DNA of 61,110 bases from Tubiluchus corallicola (taxonomy: Eukaryota; Animalia; Priapulida), in contig JAQGDQ010000742.1 in assembly GCA_030141605.1 (NCBI GenBank), positions 1 through 61,110 of the forward strand, written 5' to 3'. The notes beneath the pieces are model-generated. The model saw only the letters and a list, made by a program, of their open reading frames with translations. It did no database searches and was not told where the DNA came from. The position numbers were made by a program, and so were the translations under genes. Shown here piece after piece: positions 40,579-51,100 of the stretch. Numbering within the stretch: position 1 is the stretch's first letter; each line of letters begins with the position of its first letter.

Positions 40579-41394
40579 CTAATATTGCTCTTTTTCATTA
40601 GGGAAATTCTGCGATCTTACGTCGTGGATGTAGCTTTCTACAGCTCCTTTTATCTCGGCTGACAGGTTGAGGTAACGCCTTAGAAAGCGTGGGGAGAACT
40701 CCTGAGATATTCCCAGCATATCGTGTATTACAAGGACCTGCCCATCTACATTGCCTCCGGCACCAATACCGATTATAGGTATTTTTAATTCTGAAGCGAC
40801 TTTTTCTCCAAGGGTTGCGGGCACTTTTTCAAGTACTATGGCAAAGCATCCCGCATCTTCTAGCAGATGTGCATCCTCAATTAGTTTGCTAGCTTCATCC
40901 TCCACTTTTGCTCTTACTGAATAGGTGCCGTACTTGTTAATGGACTGCGGCATCAACCCCAAATGTCCCATGATCGGAATTCCTGCAGAAAGAATTCTTT
41001 TTACGGATTCAATCACTTCGCTTCCACCTTCCATTTTCACGGAGTCGGCATGCGTCTCTTTCATAATCCTGATAGCGGAGTTAAGTGCTTCAAGTGAGTT
41101 GCCCTGGTAGGAGCCAAATGGCATATCAACAACTGTGAGGGCACGATTGGTCGCTTTGACAACCGATTTGCCATGATATATCATGTGGTCGAGAGTGATA
41201 GGGAGAGTTGTTTTATTGCCCGCCACCACATTTGATGCAGAGTCTCCAACAAGCAAAACATCAATACCGGCCTGGTCAACGAGTTTGGCCATACTATAGT
41301 CGTATGATGTCAACATAGCTATTTTCTCTCCTCTTGCTTTCATTTCCAAAAGGGTACGAGTAGTAATTTTTCGTATTTTGTTATGTGTAGACAT
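40579..41394 (-). CDS. panB: 3-methyl-2-oxobutanoate hydroxymethyltransferase
   Basis: [33 protein letters not shown]. Promoter -7 box TAACTTTG on the minus strand at 41421-41428. Confidence 0.97.
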   Translation of the reverse strand: MSTHNKIRKITTRTLLEMKARGEKIAMLTSYDYSMAKLVDQAGIDVLLVGDSASNVVAGNKTTLPITLDHMIYHGKSVVKATNRALTVVDMPFGSYQGNSLEALNSAIRIMKETHADSVKMEGGSEVIESVKRILSAGIPIMGHLGLMPQSINKYGTYSVRAKVEDEASKLIEDAHLLEDAGCFAIVLEKVPATLGEKVASELKIPIIGIGAGGNVDGQVLVIHDMLGISQEFSPRFLRRYLNLSAEIKGAVESYIHDVRSQNFPNEKEQY

Positions 41395-41749
41395 TCTAAT
41401 ATGCTTTGATAAACACCACGCAAAGTTATTAAAAAGGCTAATACTCTATTTAATCTTATCACATTTTATATATTGTGACTTTGTTTTTCATTTTCACACT
41501 AATAACTTCGGGATCTTTACGAAACTCACCAATAACTATAGTGTATAAGTTGTGAATGCTGTGTGTCGTTTTGTCACGAAAAGCATGACAATAAAACATC
41601 TTGTTGTTTGCCGTAGTGCCAATGTTGCTCAAAAGTATGTGGAATAAGGTATGGCATAGGTATTGATAGTAGTAGTGAAAGTATGATTAGCCTTTTTAGA
41701 CAGGCAGTGAATAGACAATAGTAATTTGATATATAAATTTGATAGGAAA

Positions 41750-43657
41750 ATGGGAAAAATTATTGGTATAGATTTGGGAACGACCAACTCATGTGTTGCT
41801 GTTATGGAAGGTAATGAGCCGGTTGTTATCCCCAATAGTGAAGGGAAACGCACAACGCCTTCTATTGTGGCTTTTGTAAAAAATGGAGAGCGTAAGGTGG
41901 GAGATCCTGCAAAGCGTCAGGCAATCACTAACCCCGAAAAAACGATATACTCCATCAAAAGATTTATGGGTGAGTCATTTGATAATGTATCTGAAGATGT
42001 GGGGCGTGTTACGTTTAAGGTGGCGAAGGGTGATAACAGTACCCCGCGTGTAAAGATTGACGACCGTATGTATTCACCACAGGAGATATCTGCAATGGTG
42101 CTCCAGAAAATGAAAAAAACGGCGGAGGATTATCTTTGCCAGGAGGTGACAGAGGCTGTGATAACAGTTCCTGCTTACTTCAATGATGCTCAGCGGCAAG
42201 CTACAAAAGAGGCTGGAGAGATTGCGGGACTGGGTGTGAGCAGGATTATAAATGAGCCTACTGCTGCATCATTGGCGTACGGCCTGGATAAGATGGATAA
42301 GGATATAAAGATTGCTGTGTTTGACCTTGGTGGTGGTACTTTTGATATTTCAATTCTTGAGCTTGGTGATGGTGTTTTTGAGGTGAAGTCGACAGATGGT
42401 GACACTCACCTTGGAGGCGATGACTTTGATCATGTAATTATTGAATGGCTGGCTGAAGAGTTTAAGAAAGAAGAGGGTATTGATTTATGTAAGGATCCTA
42501 TGGCGCTACAGCGTCTTAAGGAGGCTGCGGAGAAAGCCAAGATAGAGTTGTCGAGTGCTACACAGACAGAGATCAATCTTCCTTATATAATGCCTGTAGA
42601 CGGAGTTCCTAAGCACCTTGTAAAGTCTCTTTCGCGCGCAAAGTTTGAGCAGCTGGCAGATAAGCTTATAAATGCAACTATTAAGCCATGCACTACAGCT
42701 CTTAAAAATGCGGGGATGTCAGCATCGGATATTGATGAGGTGATACTTGTTGGAGGGTCGACACGTATCCCTGCAATTCAGGAAAAAGTCCAAAGTTTCT
42801 TTGGCAAGCCTCCTTCTAAAGGTGTAAACCCTGATGAGGTAGTAGCTATAGGAGCTGCCATTCAGGGGGGGGTACTCACAGGGGAGGTTAAGGATGTGCT
42901 TCTTCTTGATGTTACGCCATTATCGCTTGGAATAGAAACAATGGGAAGTGTAATGACAAAGCTTATAGAGGCAAACACTACTATTCCTTCAAAGAAAACG
43001 GAGACATTTACAACGGCTGCCGACAATCAGCCTTCTGTAGAGATACATGTGCTCCAGGGAGAGCGGCCAATGGCTGCTGGCAACAAGTCAATAGGACGGT
43101 TTCATCTGGATGGTATACCGCCTGCTCCACGTGGTACCCCTCAGATTGAAGTAGTATTTGATATTGATGCAAACGGAATACTTCATGTTGCTGCAAAGGA
43201 TAAAGCAACAGGCAAAGAGCAGTCTATCCGTATAGAGGCTTCTACCGGGTTGAGCGAAGATGAGATAAAGCGCATGAAAAATGAGGCTGCTGCAAATGCT
43301 GAGTCGGATAAGCATGCCCGTGAGAAAGTGGATAAATTGAATCAGGCAGATAGTTTGATTTTTCAGACAGAGAAGCAAATAAAAGAGTTTGGAGATAAGC
43401 TTCCTGCAGATAAGAAGGGGCCTATAGAAGCCAGTTTAAATAAACTAAAAGAGGCTCACAAAAGCCAGGATATTGAAGCTATTGATGTGGCGACCGCTGA
43501 GCTTAACAAGACTTTTCAGGCTGCTTCGCAAGAGATGTACAATGCTTCTAATGCACAGCAGGGAGGGGAGGCAGCAGGCGGTGCCACCCAGCAAGAGCAG
43601 CAACAGGCAGATGCAGAAGAGAAGAAGGGGGGGGGAGAGGTTACTGATGTCGATTAG
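41750..43657 (+). CDS. dnaK: Molecular chaperone DnaK (C-terminal residues apparently truncated)
   Basis: [44 protein letters not shown]; ends GEVTDVD*. Confidence 0.98.
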   Translation: MGKIIGIDLGTTNSCVAVMEGNEPVVIPNSEGKRTTPSIVAFVKNGERKVGDPAKRQAITNPEKTIYSIKRFMGESFDNVSEDVGRVTFKVAKGDNSTPRVKIDDRMYSPQEISAMVLQKMKKTAEDYLCQEVTEAVITVPAYFNDAQRQATKEAGEIAGLGVSRIINEPTAASLAYGLDKMDKDIKIAVFDLGGGTFDISILELGDGVFEVKSTDGDTHLGGDDFDHVIIEWLAEEFKKEEGIDLCKDPMALQRLKEAAEKAKIELSSATQTEINLPYIMPVDGVPKHLVKSLSRAKFEQLADKLINATIKPCTTALKNAGMSASDIDEVILVGGSTRIPAIQEKVQSFFGKPPSKGVNPDEVVAIGAAIQGGVLTGEVKDVLLLDVTPLSLGIETMGSVMTKLIEANTTIPSKKTETFTTAADNQPSVEIHVLQGERPMAAGNKSIGRFHLDGIPPAPRGTPQIEVVFDIDANGILHVAAKDKATGKEQSIRIEASTGLSEDEIKRMKNEAAANAESDKHAREKVDKLNQADSLIFQTEKQIKEFGDKLPADKKGPIEASLNKLKEAHKSQDIEAIDVATAELNKTFQAASQEMYNASNAQQGGEAAGGATQQEQQQADAEEKKGGGEVTDVD

Positions 43658-43658
43658 C

Positions 43659-43693
43659 AAAACGCAGTAAGTCTTTGATTTACTGCGTTTTTT
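43659..43693 (+). terminator. 15-bp inverted repeat at the element end; could also act as the dnaK terminator
   Basis: AAAACGCAGTAAGTC-TTT-GATTTACTGCGTTTT(TT), with one G-U pair. Confidence 0.7.
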
Positions 43694-43857
43694 ATTTGTG
43701 AGAAATTATTCATGTAAATAGTTTCTCATTATTTTTTGTCATATATTTGTACCATATCTGTGCCGAGCGTTATTTGGTGTTAATGTGCGCTTTAAACGGT
43801 CTTATTAGGTCTTATGCATGCTTATTTTGCATAACAAGGCTAGAAACTGATGAAAGT

Positions 43858-44442
43858 ATGGCGAAAAGTCAATTGAAATTACCAAAAATTTGTGAGCAAT
43901 GTGGGAAGCCTTTTGAGGCTAAAACCGTAGCCACACGCTTTTGTAGTCCTTACTGTGTCAATAAATCAGGAAGAGAGAAAAAAAAACGGGCGAAGGAGGC
44001 AGAGCAAAAGCAAGTATTGCTGGAAGAGTCAATTGATATGATTGTCGAAATTCAAACTCGACCATTTATTTCTGTTTCAGAAGCAACTGTTCTTTTCGGT
44101 ATTTCAAAAGATACTATTCGCCGCCTTATTAAAGCAGGTAAAATTCCGGCTTATAACTTAGGACAACGCTTGACAAGGGTTAGTCGTGTGCATATGGAGG
44201 CAATGTTTACTGCTGTTGATTTGCCGGAAGAGCCAGCGGAAGAACCGGTAAAAATGAACTACGACAAAAGTGAATGCTATAATATAGCTGAAGTATCCGA
44301 AAAATTTGGAGTATCTCCCTCAACAGTGAATAAAACGATTCGAAAATATAGCATACCCAGAAGGCAGATTGGGAAATATGTATATGTACCTAAAGAACAG
44401 GTAGAAAAGCTATTTTCAACTAACAAATCTAAGACCCCATGA
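43858..44442 (+). CDS. TnpA-like targeting protein: Cys4 zinc finger plus two excisionase-type (HTH_17) domains
   Basis: CEQCGKPF..RFCSPYC; ISVSEATVLFGISKDTIRRLIKAGKIPA; YNIAEVSEKFGVSPSTV. Start chosen at MAKSQ. Confidence 0.8.
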   Translation: MAKSQLKLPKICEQCGKPFEAKTVATRFCSPYCVNKSGREKKKRAKEAEQKQVLLEESIDMIVEIQTRPFISVSEATVLFGISKDTIRRLIKAGKIPAYNLGQRLTRVSRVHMEAMFTAVDLPEEPAEEPVKMNYDKSECYNIAEVSEKFGVSPSTVNKTIRKYSIPRRQIGKYVYVPKEQVEKLFSTNKSKTP

Positions 44443-45309
44443 AGCAATTATCAAAAACTAAAGTAACAGTAAGACTTCGTAAAGCTGAAGACCGAAACGA
44501 ATGGTATATATACTTGGAAAGTTATCCTGTATTTGTTGAGGGTACAACCAAACCTCAACGCATTCGCGAATATTTAAACAGAAGCATTACCTCTGTAACA
44601 TGGGATAAGAAAAGAGCAGCTCGAACCAATGCAAATGGTGACAAAACATACAAACCAAAACGTGATGATAATGGAGTAATTATCTGCAAGAGCGAACTGG
44701 ATAGAGAAAGTATGTTGTACGCCGATGGTGTACGCAAGCTTCGTCAACGGGAATATGACAATGCTGATTTGTACAGCGATTCTGAAACTGCTCAGGCTGA
44801 ACACAAAGAACGTTTACGGCATAATTTTGTCGAGTATTTTGAAAAGGTAACGATTAAACGTCATGGGAATAGTTCCTCGTCTATTATAGTTAATTGGCAG
44901 CGCACAAATGAATTAATAAAGCTTTTTGCAGGGGATACACTTTTGTTTTCTCAAATAAATGTTGCCTTGGCAGAAAATTTTAGGCTTTACCTTATGTCAG
45001 CACCGCAGGGAGGTAACAAAAGTGGAATTATTTCACAAAATACCGCATCAACCTATTTCTCCATTTTTAAAGCAGTACTAAAGCAGGCTTTTATTGATGG
45101 ATATCTACAAAGTGACTTATCTGCCAAGCTTAAGGGGATTCAGGAGAAGGAATCGCGCCGGGAGTATTTGACGGTAGAAGAATTAAATAAACTTGTAGCA
45201 ACGCCTTGTGAACGTGATGTGCTAAAACGTGCAGTACTTTTTTCTGCGCTTACTGGATTGAGGCATATCGATATTCAAAAGCTAAAATGGAGCGAAGTTA
45301 GCATAGAAG
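44439..45309 (+). pseudogene. Tyrosine recombinase/integrase truncated by IS3
   Basis: Arm domain, SAM-like domain (SQNTASTYF), REYLTVEEL and LTGLRHIDI (first catalytic Arg). HxxR and the catalytic Tyr are absent. The last 10 aa of the ORF (to 45341) are read from IS sequence. Confidence 0.9.
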
Positions 45310-45441
45310 TGTTTAACTTCAAAACTTATTGGACAAATTGATGCTTAAAGTTAAGAGATAGTTTTATAATTCAAATTCTCTTTTTTATGGTGATGATAAT
45401 TCACTGTTGACTTGTTCGAAACTCGCAGAGTTTTCAATAAA

Positions 45442-46423
45442 TCAAAAGTGATACACTGCGATTTTCTGATTCCTTTTTCTTCTTTCATTTAGCGTTTTTA
45501 TTTTAATGTTTTCACGATTGCCCAGTAACTGTTTTTGCCTTCCAAAATACACGTCGGCAGGTGTAACATTCTTGAGTGATTCATGATACCGGTGGTTGTT
45601 GTAATTATATACAAACTCCTGTAGAACCGTCATTAGTTCATCAGGAAAGTAGTAGTTATCCAACTTTACCTGATTTTTCATGGTGCGGTGGTAACGCTCA
45701 ATTTTCCCTTGTGTTTGAGGGTGGTATGGGGCTACACGTAAATGTCCCATTTTGGTGTCTTTTAAAAAGCTTTGAAACTCGTTTGATATGTAGCACGCTC
45801 CATTATCGGAGAGTAACCTGGGACAATCGTCTGCAGGTATTTTGGCCGTATGTAAAGCCTTTTGAATAACATGCTTGGCATCGGCCGACTCAATGCTTTG
45901 GCAAAGCTCCCAGGTGACGATATACCTTGAATAATCGTCCATTACGGTAGCCAAATAATACCAGCCCCATCCAATGATTTTAAAGTAGGTAAAATCGGTT
46001 TGCCATTGCTGGTGCACACGCGTGGTCTTATCTTTAAAATCATCGGATGCAGCCATTAAAAGCCACGCAGGAGATGTGATTAGCACTTGCTCTTTGAGAA
46101 TCCGATATACGCTGGTTTCGCTGATAAACCACTTTTGATGGTCGGTGATGTGGTGGGCTAGGTTCCCTAGGCGATAAGTCTGTACGTTACAAAGCGGTGT
46201 CTAAAACCAGTTCTCGTTCTTTGTTGGATATCTTGTTCCAAAACTTTTTGCGTTTTACCGGCTTGGGCTTGAGTGAATCATATCATCCCTCAAGGAAGCG
46301 TTTGTACCACTCGTAAAAGGTACTTCGGCTGATGTCAAGCTCTTCAAGTGTGCGCTTAACTCCGAATACCGAATCTTGAACAATACGGATAATTTCCATC
46401 TTTTCACTGGCGCTTCGTCTCAT
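45442..46423 (-). pseudogene. IS3 OrfB (DDE transposase) with an internal stop and probable frameshifts in the 5' part
   Basis: MRRSASEKMEIIRIV..FYEWYKRFLEG* at the 5' end. The rve core is intact in 45442-46086 (WQTDFTY, LSDNG, QGKIER, YNNHRYHESL). Confidence 0.88.
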
Positions 46424-46434
46424 ATATTTATAAG

Positions 46435-46785
46435 TTACTCGGTTCCAGTTAAGCTTTTTTTAAGCATGCGTACTTCCAAACTCAGCTCTGCTACAAACTG
46501 CTTTAGGTCGTGGTTCTCGTTCTTTAAACCGTTTACTTCGCCCGATGTAGCTTCCCGTTTAATGTCACCTGCAAGGCGTTTTTTGCCAGCTTCCATAAAA
46601 TCTTTACTCCACTTGTAATAAAGGTTCGCGTTGATGCCTTCTTTTCGGCATAACTCGGCAATGCTATATTCGCCACGCATGCCCTCTAGTACAATCCTGA
46701 TTTTTTCTTCAGCTGATTACTTCTTCCTCGGGTGTCTCTTAATCTCTTTTACCTTTTGTTCGGTAGTCTGTTTTTTTGCCTTCAT
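46435..46785 (-). pseudogene. IS3 OrfA with an in-frame TAA at codon 23
   Basis: MKAKKQTTEQKVKEIKRHPRKK*SAEEKIRIVLEGMRGEYSIAELCRKEGI; stop at 46717-46719. Confidence 0.88.
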
Positions 46786-46870
46786 CTTACTCGTTTTTAT
46801 TGGTTATAATTTAAGAAATGTCTCTCTTAATTTTTAAACCAATTTGTCCGAATTAAGCTGAAGATTTACA

Positions 46871-46969
46871 AGTAAAAATATTCGAAACATTACATCTGGA
46901 GGTACATACACAGTTACAGTAACCATTGATAATAAATTTGATGCCGGAACTTATGAGTTTGTTCAATAA
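46871..46969 (+). pseudogene. Orphan 3' gene fragment abutting the IS end (SusE/F-like beta-strand tail)
   Basis: Open frame from the IS boundary: SKNIRNITSGGTYTVTVTIDNKFDAGTYEFVQ*. Confidence 0.4.
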
Positions 46970-46981
46970 TTTTAGATAATA

Positions 46982-47158
46982 AGCCCTGGATGCCCCTTTT
47001 CTTTCAATCGCTTGAAGAAGCCTGGATCATGGCTTATGCCTAGATATGGATATTAATAAATAACGAGTGTTTACACAGTAGCTTCGGGTATAGAAGTGCT
47101 CAGAGCGTTTCTGCCTGAGCATGATATTTTTGAGTGTTACGAACTGGGATAAGCTTTC
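46982..47158 (+). pseudogene. Second, highly decayed IS3 OrfB C-terminal remnant
   Basis: FFQSLEEAWIMAYA*IWI..NNECLHSSFGYRS resembles the IS3 F.sleea...YN..R.HssLgy.tP pattern. Confidence 0.55.
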
Positions 47159-48111
47159 CTTGTCCGCTATTCAAAAGTGCCCAGAGAGCCATTAAGTCTG
47201 TCCCGCTTCAATGTACAGGGTGGGCAATAGTGTTTTAGTGGGCAGATTGACAATAAAATGGAACAAGGTCAGCGCACAATATGCAGTATTACGTAAGCCG
47301 GGAGTAGTAGATGAAATTTTCGTATTTTTACTCAAAATAGTAATAGCTTAACAAACTTGAACTTTGAAATTCCGGCTTTCGCATATTGCCACCACTAACG
47401 TTTATTGATAGAAAATGGAGCTATTATAATAATTAAAAAATAAAAGCATGGAAAAAATAAAGAAAGTCATTTCTGAATTTATCCGTTTATTAGTCTATTA
47501 ACTCTTGTCGTAGCAGTAATTACTATTCTTGTTTGCAATACAACAGGCTAAGGATATTGAAAATGTTAAAGGTTTTGCAGTAACCAGACCGATTAAACCT
47601 CTTTCTGAAAACCTTATTGAAACTAACGACTTCTTAATAAAGAAAATTGGGTCGAATACGATAAGTAAGTGATTGTTTTTGTTATTCGGGTTGTATTTAT
47701 AGCCCTGGCAATGAGGATTTTGATGAAATGAAGAAAAAATACCTAAAAACTAATTACGAAATTATACACAAATAACCATAAATTTACATATGTTTGTTAT
47801 GGTACTATGAGAATAAAGGAGTTTACAGGCAAACAGTTTGTGAAAATAAACCGGTTGATCAGACTCTGGCTGTGATGAGAATAATGGGCTGCCAGATCGA
47901 CTACGCTATTTAGTATCATAGAGATAAGAAAAAAAGTAGGAGCCATCAAACTAGAGATAAAAATGGATTTGAATACATCATAAAAAAAATGGGAAATAGA
48001 GCATCTGTTTTCTGATGTTTCGTAAAAGCTCTTCAAATACCATCGTATTTTCAGAGCTGAAATGAAATACACCCAATGGAATAAATATTAATTAGTAACG
48101 CTACGAACGTT

Positions 48112-51100
48112 ATGAAAAAAAACAAATTAGGCTCGTCCTTTATTGGACAAAGTAAAGAAGCATGGCTAATAATGAGACTGACTCTATCTCTTATAATGGT
48201 AAGCGTCATGAGTGCCGGAGCAGTTAAAGCCTTGGATCATAGTTCAAAATTGACGATCAATGTAAAAAATGCCACCATCAAAGAGGTACTGGATCAAATA
48301 GAGAAAGAGTCTGACTTCTATTATTACAGGTCAGATGAATGTCTCTCAGAACACACAATATCCGGCAAGTTTCAGGCTCTTTCCGTTCCGGAATTGTTAG
48401 ATAAAGTTTTGGAAGGGAGTGATTTATCTTACCGCATAGTTGATAATTACGTAACAATTGTTCCTAAAACGGAATTCGATGCAAAGGATAATTCACAACC
48501 ACAAGAAATAACAGTTAAGGGTAAGATTACTGATGCGAGAGGTGAGCCGCTGCCAGGTGTTAATGTGTTTGATAAAAGCAATCCAATCACCGGTGTTACT
48601 TGTGACGTTGACGGTTTTTATACAATTGTGGTCAATGCAGATGATGCAGTATTGACTTTCTCCTTTATTGGATTTAAAAAGCAAGATGTTCAAGTGGGCG
48701 GGCGTGCCGTGATCAATATAACATTGGTGGAAGAGACAACCGATCTGGATGAAGTTGTGATTACAGCTTTGGGTATTCGTAAGGAAGCTAAAGCGTTAGG
48801 GTATGCGATAGCTGAAGTGAAAGGTGATGTTGTGACTGCAGGCAAAGATCTAAATGTGATGAGTTCGCTTTCAGGTCGTATGGCGGGAGTAGATATTTCC
48901 TCTACTAGTGCTGGCCCTTCAGGGTCAACGCGCATGCTTATTCGTGGTAACTCTCAACTCTCAGGAAATAACAATCCACTCTACGTTATTGATGGTGTAC
49001 CCATGGATAATACACAGTTGGGAGGCGCCGGTAAGTGGGGGGGATATGATTTTGGCGATGGATTATCAAGTATTAACCCTGATGATATTGAGTCTATTTC
49101 GGTATTAAAAGGACCTTCTGCGGCAGCACTGTACGGTTCGCGAGCCTCAAATGGAGTTGTATTAATCACTACTAAGTCTGGGAGCAGTAAAAAGGGGATT
49201 GGTGTTGAGATAAGCTCTAGCATTAATACGGTTAATATCCTTAGCCATTTCGATGACTACCAAAGAGTATATGGACAGGGACGAAATGGTGAATTGCCAC
49301 TTACGTCTCAAGAGAGCCGTAGCACTGCTACTTCTTCATGGGGACCAAAGTTGGACCCTAACTTGATGATGCCGATCTATAATGAAGAAATAAAACCGTA
49401 TGGCGTGCAGCAAGATAACATATTGAGTTTCTTTCGTACCGGTCTGACGGTTAATAATGCAGCATCACTTACATCAACTGGCGATAAGTCGAATATTCGC
49501 TTATCAATGTCTAATATGCAGAATACTGATATAGTTCCTAATTCTGATATGTCGAGATCATCGTTCATGATTAAGGGGGACGCGCAGTTGAGCAAGTTGA
49601 TATCATTCGATGCACGTGTAAACTATACCATAGAAAATGTTAACAATCGTCCGGCATTGAGTGATAGTCCCAATAACGTTGGCCTGAGCTTAATTGGTAT
49701 TGCACCAAACTTTCATCAAAGCTGGTTGAGCGAAAACTATAAAGATGACGAGGGGCGCTATATTGACTGGAATGGTGGTAATATATATCGTATAAATCCC
49801 TATTGGTCGCTTAACGAAATGAGCAACGACTCTCGTAAGCAAAGAGTAATGGGGCATGTACAATTAAAGTTTGATTTTACCTCCTATTTGAGTATGCATG
49901 TAAAAGGAGGCACTGACTTTTACTCGTTTAGGCTAACTGATTTTGCACCCAGGAGTACACCTATTAATCCAGGTGGTGGCATGAGCGAACTATCTGTTAA
50001 TAATTCAGAAACCAATGCAGAGACAATTATACGTTTCAATAAAAAACTATATGATAACTTGGATGTATCGGCATTTGTGGGTGGAAATATTATGTACCGT
50101 AAGGGTGAGACCTTTCATAACGAAGGCAATACAGAGGTGATTCCTGATGTGAAAAACATCGGGAACTATGTGCAGAAAGAGTTGACTTATAGCTTTGTAG
50201 AAAAGCAAGTTAATTCGGTGTACGGAGCCGTCAATTTAGGGTATAATAGCATGGTGTATCTTGATTTTACACTACGGAATGACTGGTCTTCATCCCTGAG
50301 CAGCGAGTATAACTCGTATATGTACCCATCCGTATCAGGTAGCTTTGTTTTTAGTGAGCTGTTGAAAGACAATTCATTAATATCATTTGGGAAAGCTAGG
50401 GTGTCTTGGGCAGAAGTAGGTGGCGATACCAGCCCTTACCAGTTGAGTTTAAGTTATGGGCTGTTGCCCTACTCATTTCTTGATTTACCATTGGGGCAAA
50501 TAAGCTCAAACAGTATTCCAAAACAAGCGCTTAAACCAACTCGTACATACAGTTGGGAGATTGGTGCTGATGTGCGTTTCTTGAATAATAGAGTGGGTTT
50601 GGATGTGACCTATTATCAGCAGTCAACAAAAGACCAGATTCTATCATTACCAATTTCAAAAACTACCGGTTATAGTAGCGCAATTGTTAATGCGGGTGAA
50701 ATTGGGAACAAGGGTGTTGAGCTAATGTTATCTGCCAACCTTATTACAGTGAAAGACTTTAGTTGGGATGTTAACGTGAACTATGCTAAAAACGTCAATG
50801 AAGTGGTGGCTTTACACCCCGATGTCACAGAATATGAGTTAGCTTCAGCCCGCTGGGCCGGTGCTTTTATTAAAGCTAGTGAAGGTGAGGCTTATGGTGT
50901 TATTGTGGGTAAAAAAATGTTACGGGATCCCAATGGAAATGTGATTCATGGGGCTAATGGTCTTCCTCAATTCGGTGAGGAAGCTGAGGTTTTAGGAAAC
51001 GGGGTTCATAACTGGACTGGTGGTTTCTCAAATATTTTAAATTACAAAGAGTTTACCTTGGGCTTTCTTTTTGATGTCAAATGGGGGGCTGAAATCTACT

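Larger units (their letters stand above)
43657..45309 (+). mobile_element. Left part of a Tn4555-like integrative/mobilizable transposon inserted at the dnaK 3' end
   Basis: End hairpin immediately after the dnaK stop, followed by a Cys4-HTH gene translationally coupled to a tyrosine integrase. Interrupted by IS3 at 45310. Confidence 0.75.
45310..46870 (-). mobile_element. Degenerate IS3-family insertion sequence (1561 bp)
   Basis: Imperfect TIRs TGTTTAACTTCAAAACTTATTGGACAAATTG and revcomp TGTAAATCTTCAGCTTAATTCGGACAAATTG (TG...CA ends); orfA/orfB layout; no target duplication seen. Confidence 0.9.

Noticed and set aside
43627-43635. G9 homopolymer near the dnaK 3' end as a phase-variation tract or the cause of the truncation
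   Set aside because: The frame downstream still gives the conserved EVTDVD, so there is no frameshift; it encodes a Gly linker.
43640-43700. tRNA gene or tRNA 3' end as the attachment site
   Set aside because: No cloverleaf or T-arm GTTCGA motif; the hairpin directly follows dnaK coding sequence.
43747-43857. N-terminal extension of the TnpA-like ORF given by the ORF track
   Set aside because: TTG start within element-end sequence; the family-like sequence begins at MAKSQLKLPKIC (43858).
46717-46719. Programmed stop readthrough or recoding in IS3 orfA
   Set aside because: A TAA at a normally Tyr/Phe position, plus a further stop in orfB, indicates ordinary pseudogenisation.
47797-48072. 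91-aa minus-strand ORF upstream of susC
   Set aside because: No recognisable domain; better explained as the antisense of decayed plus-strand sequence.
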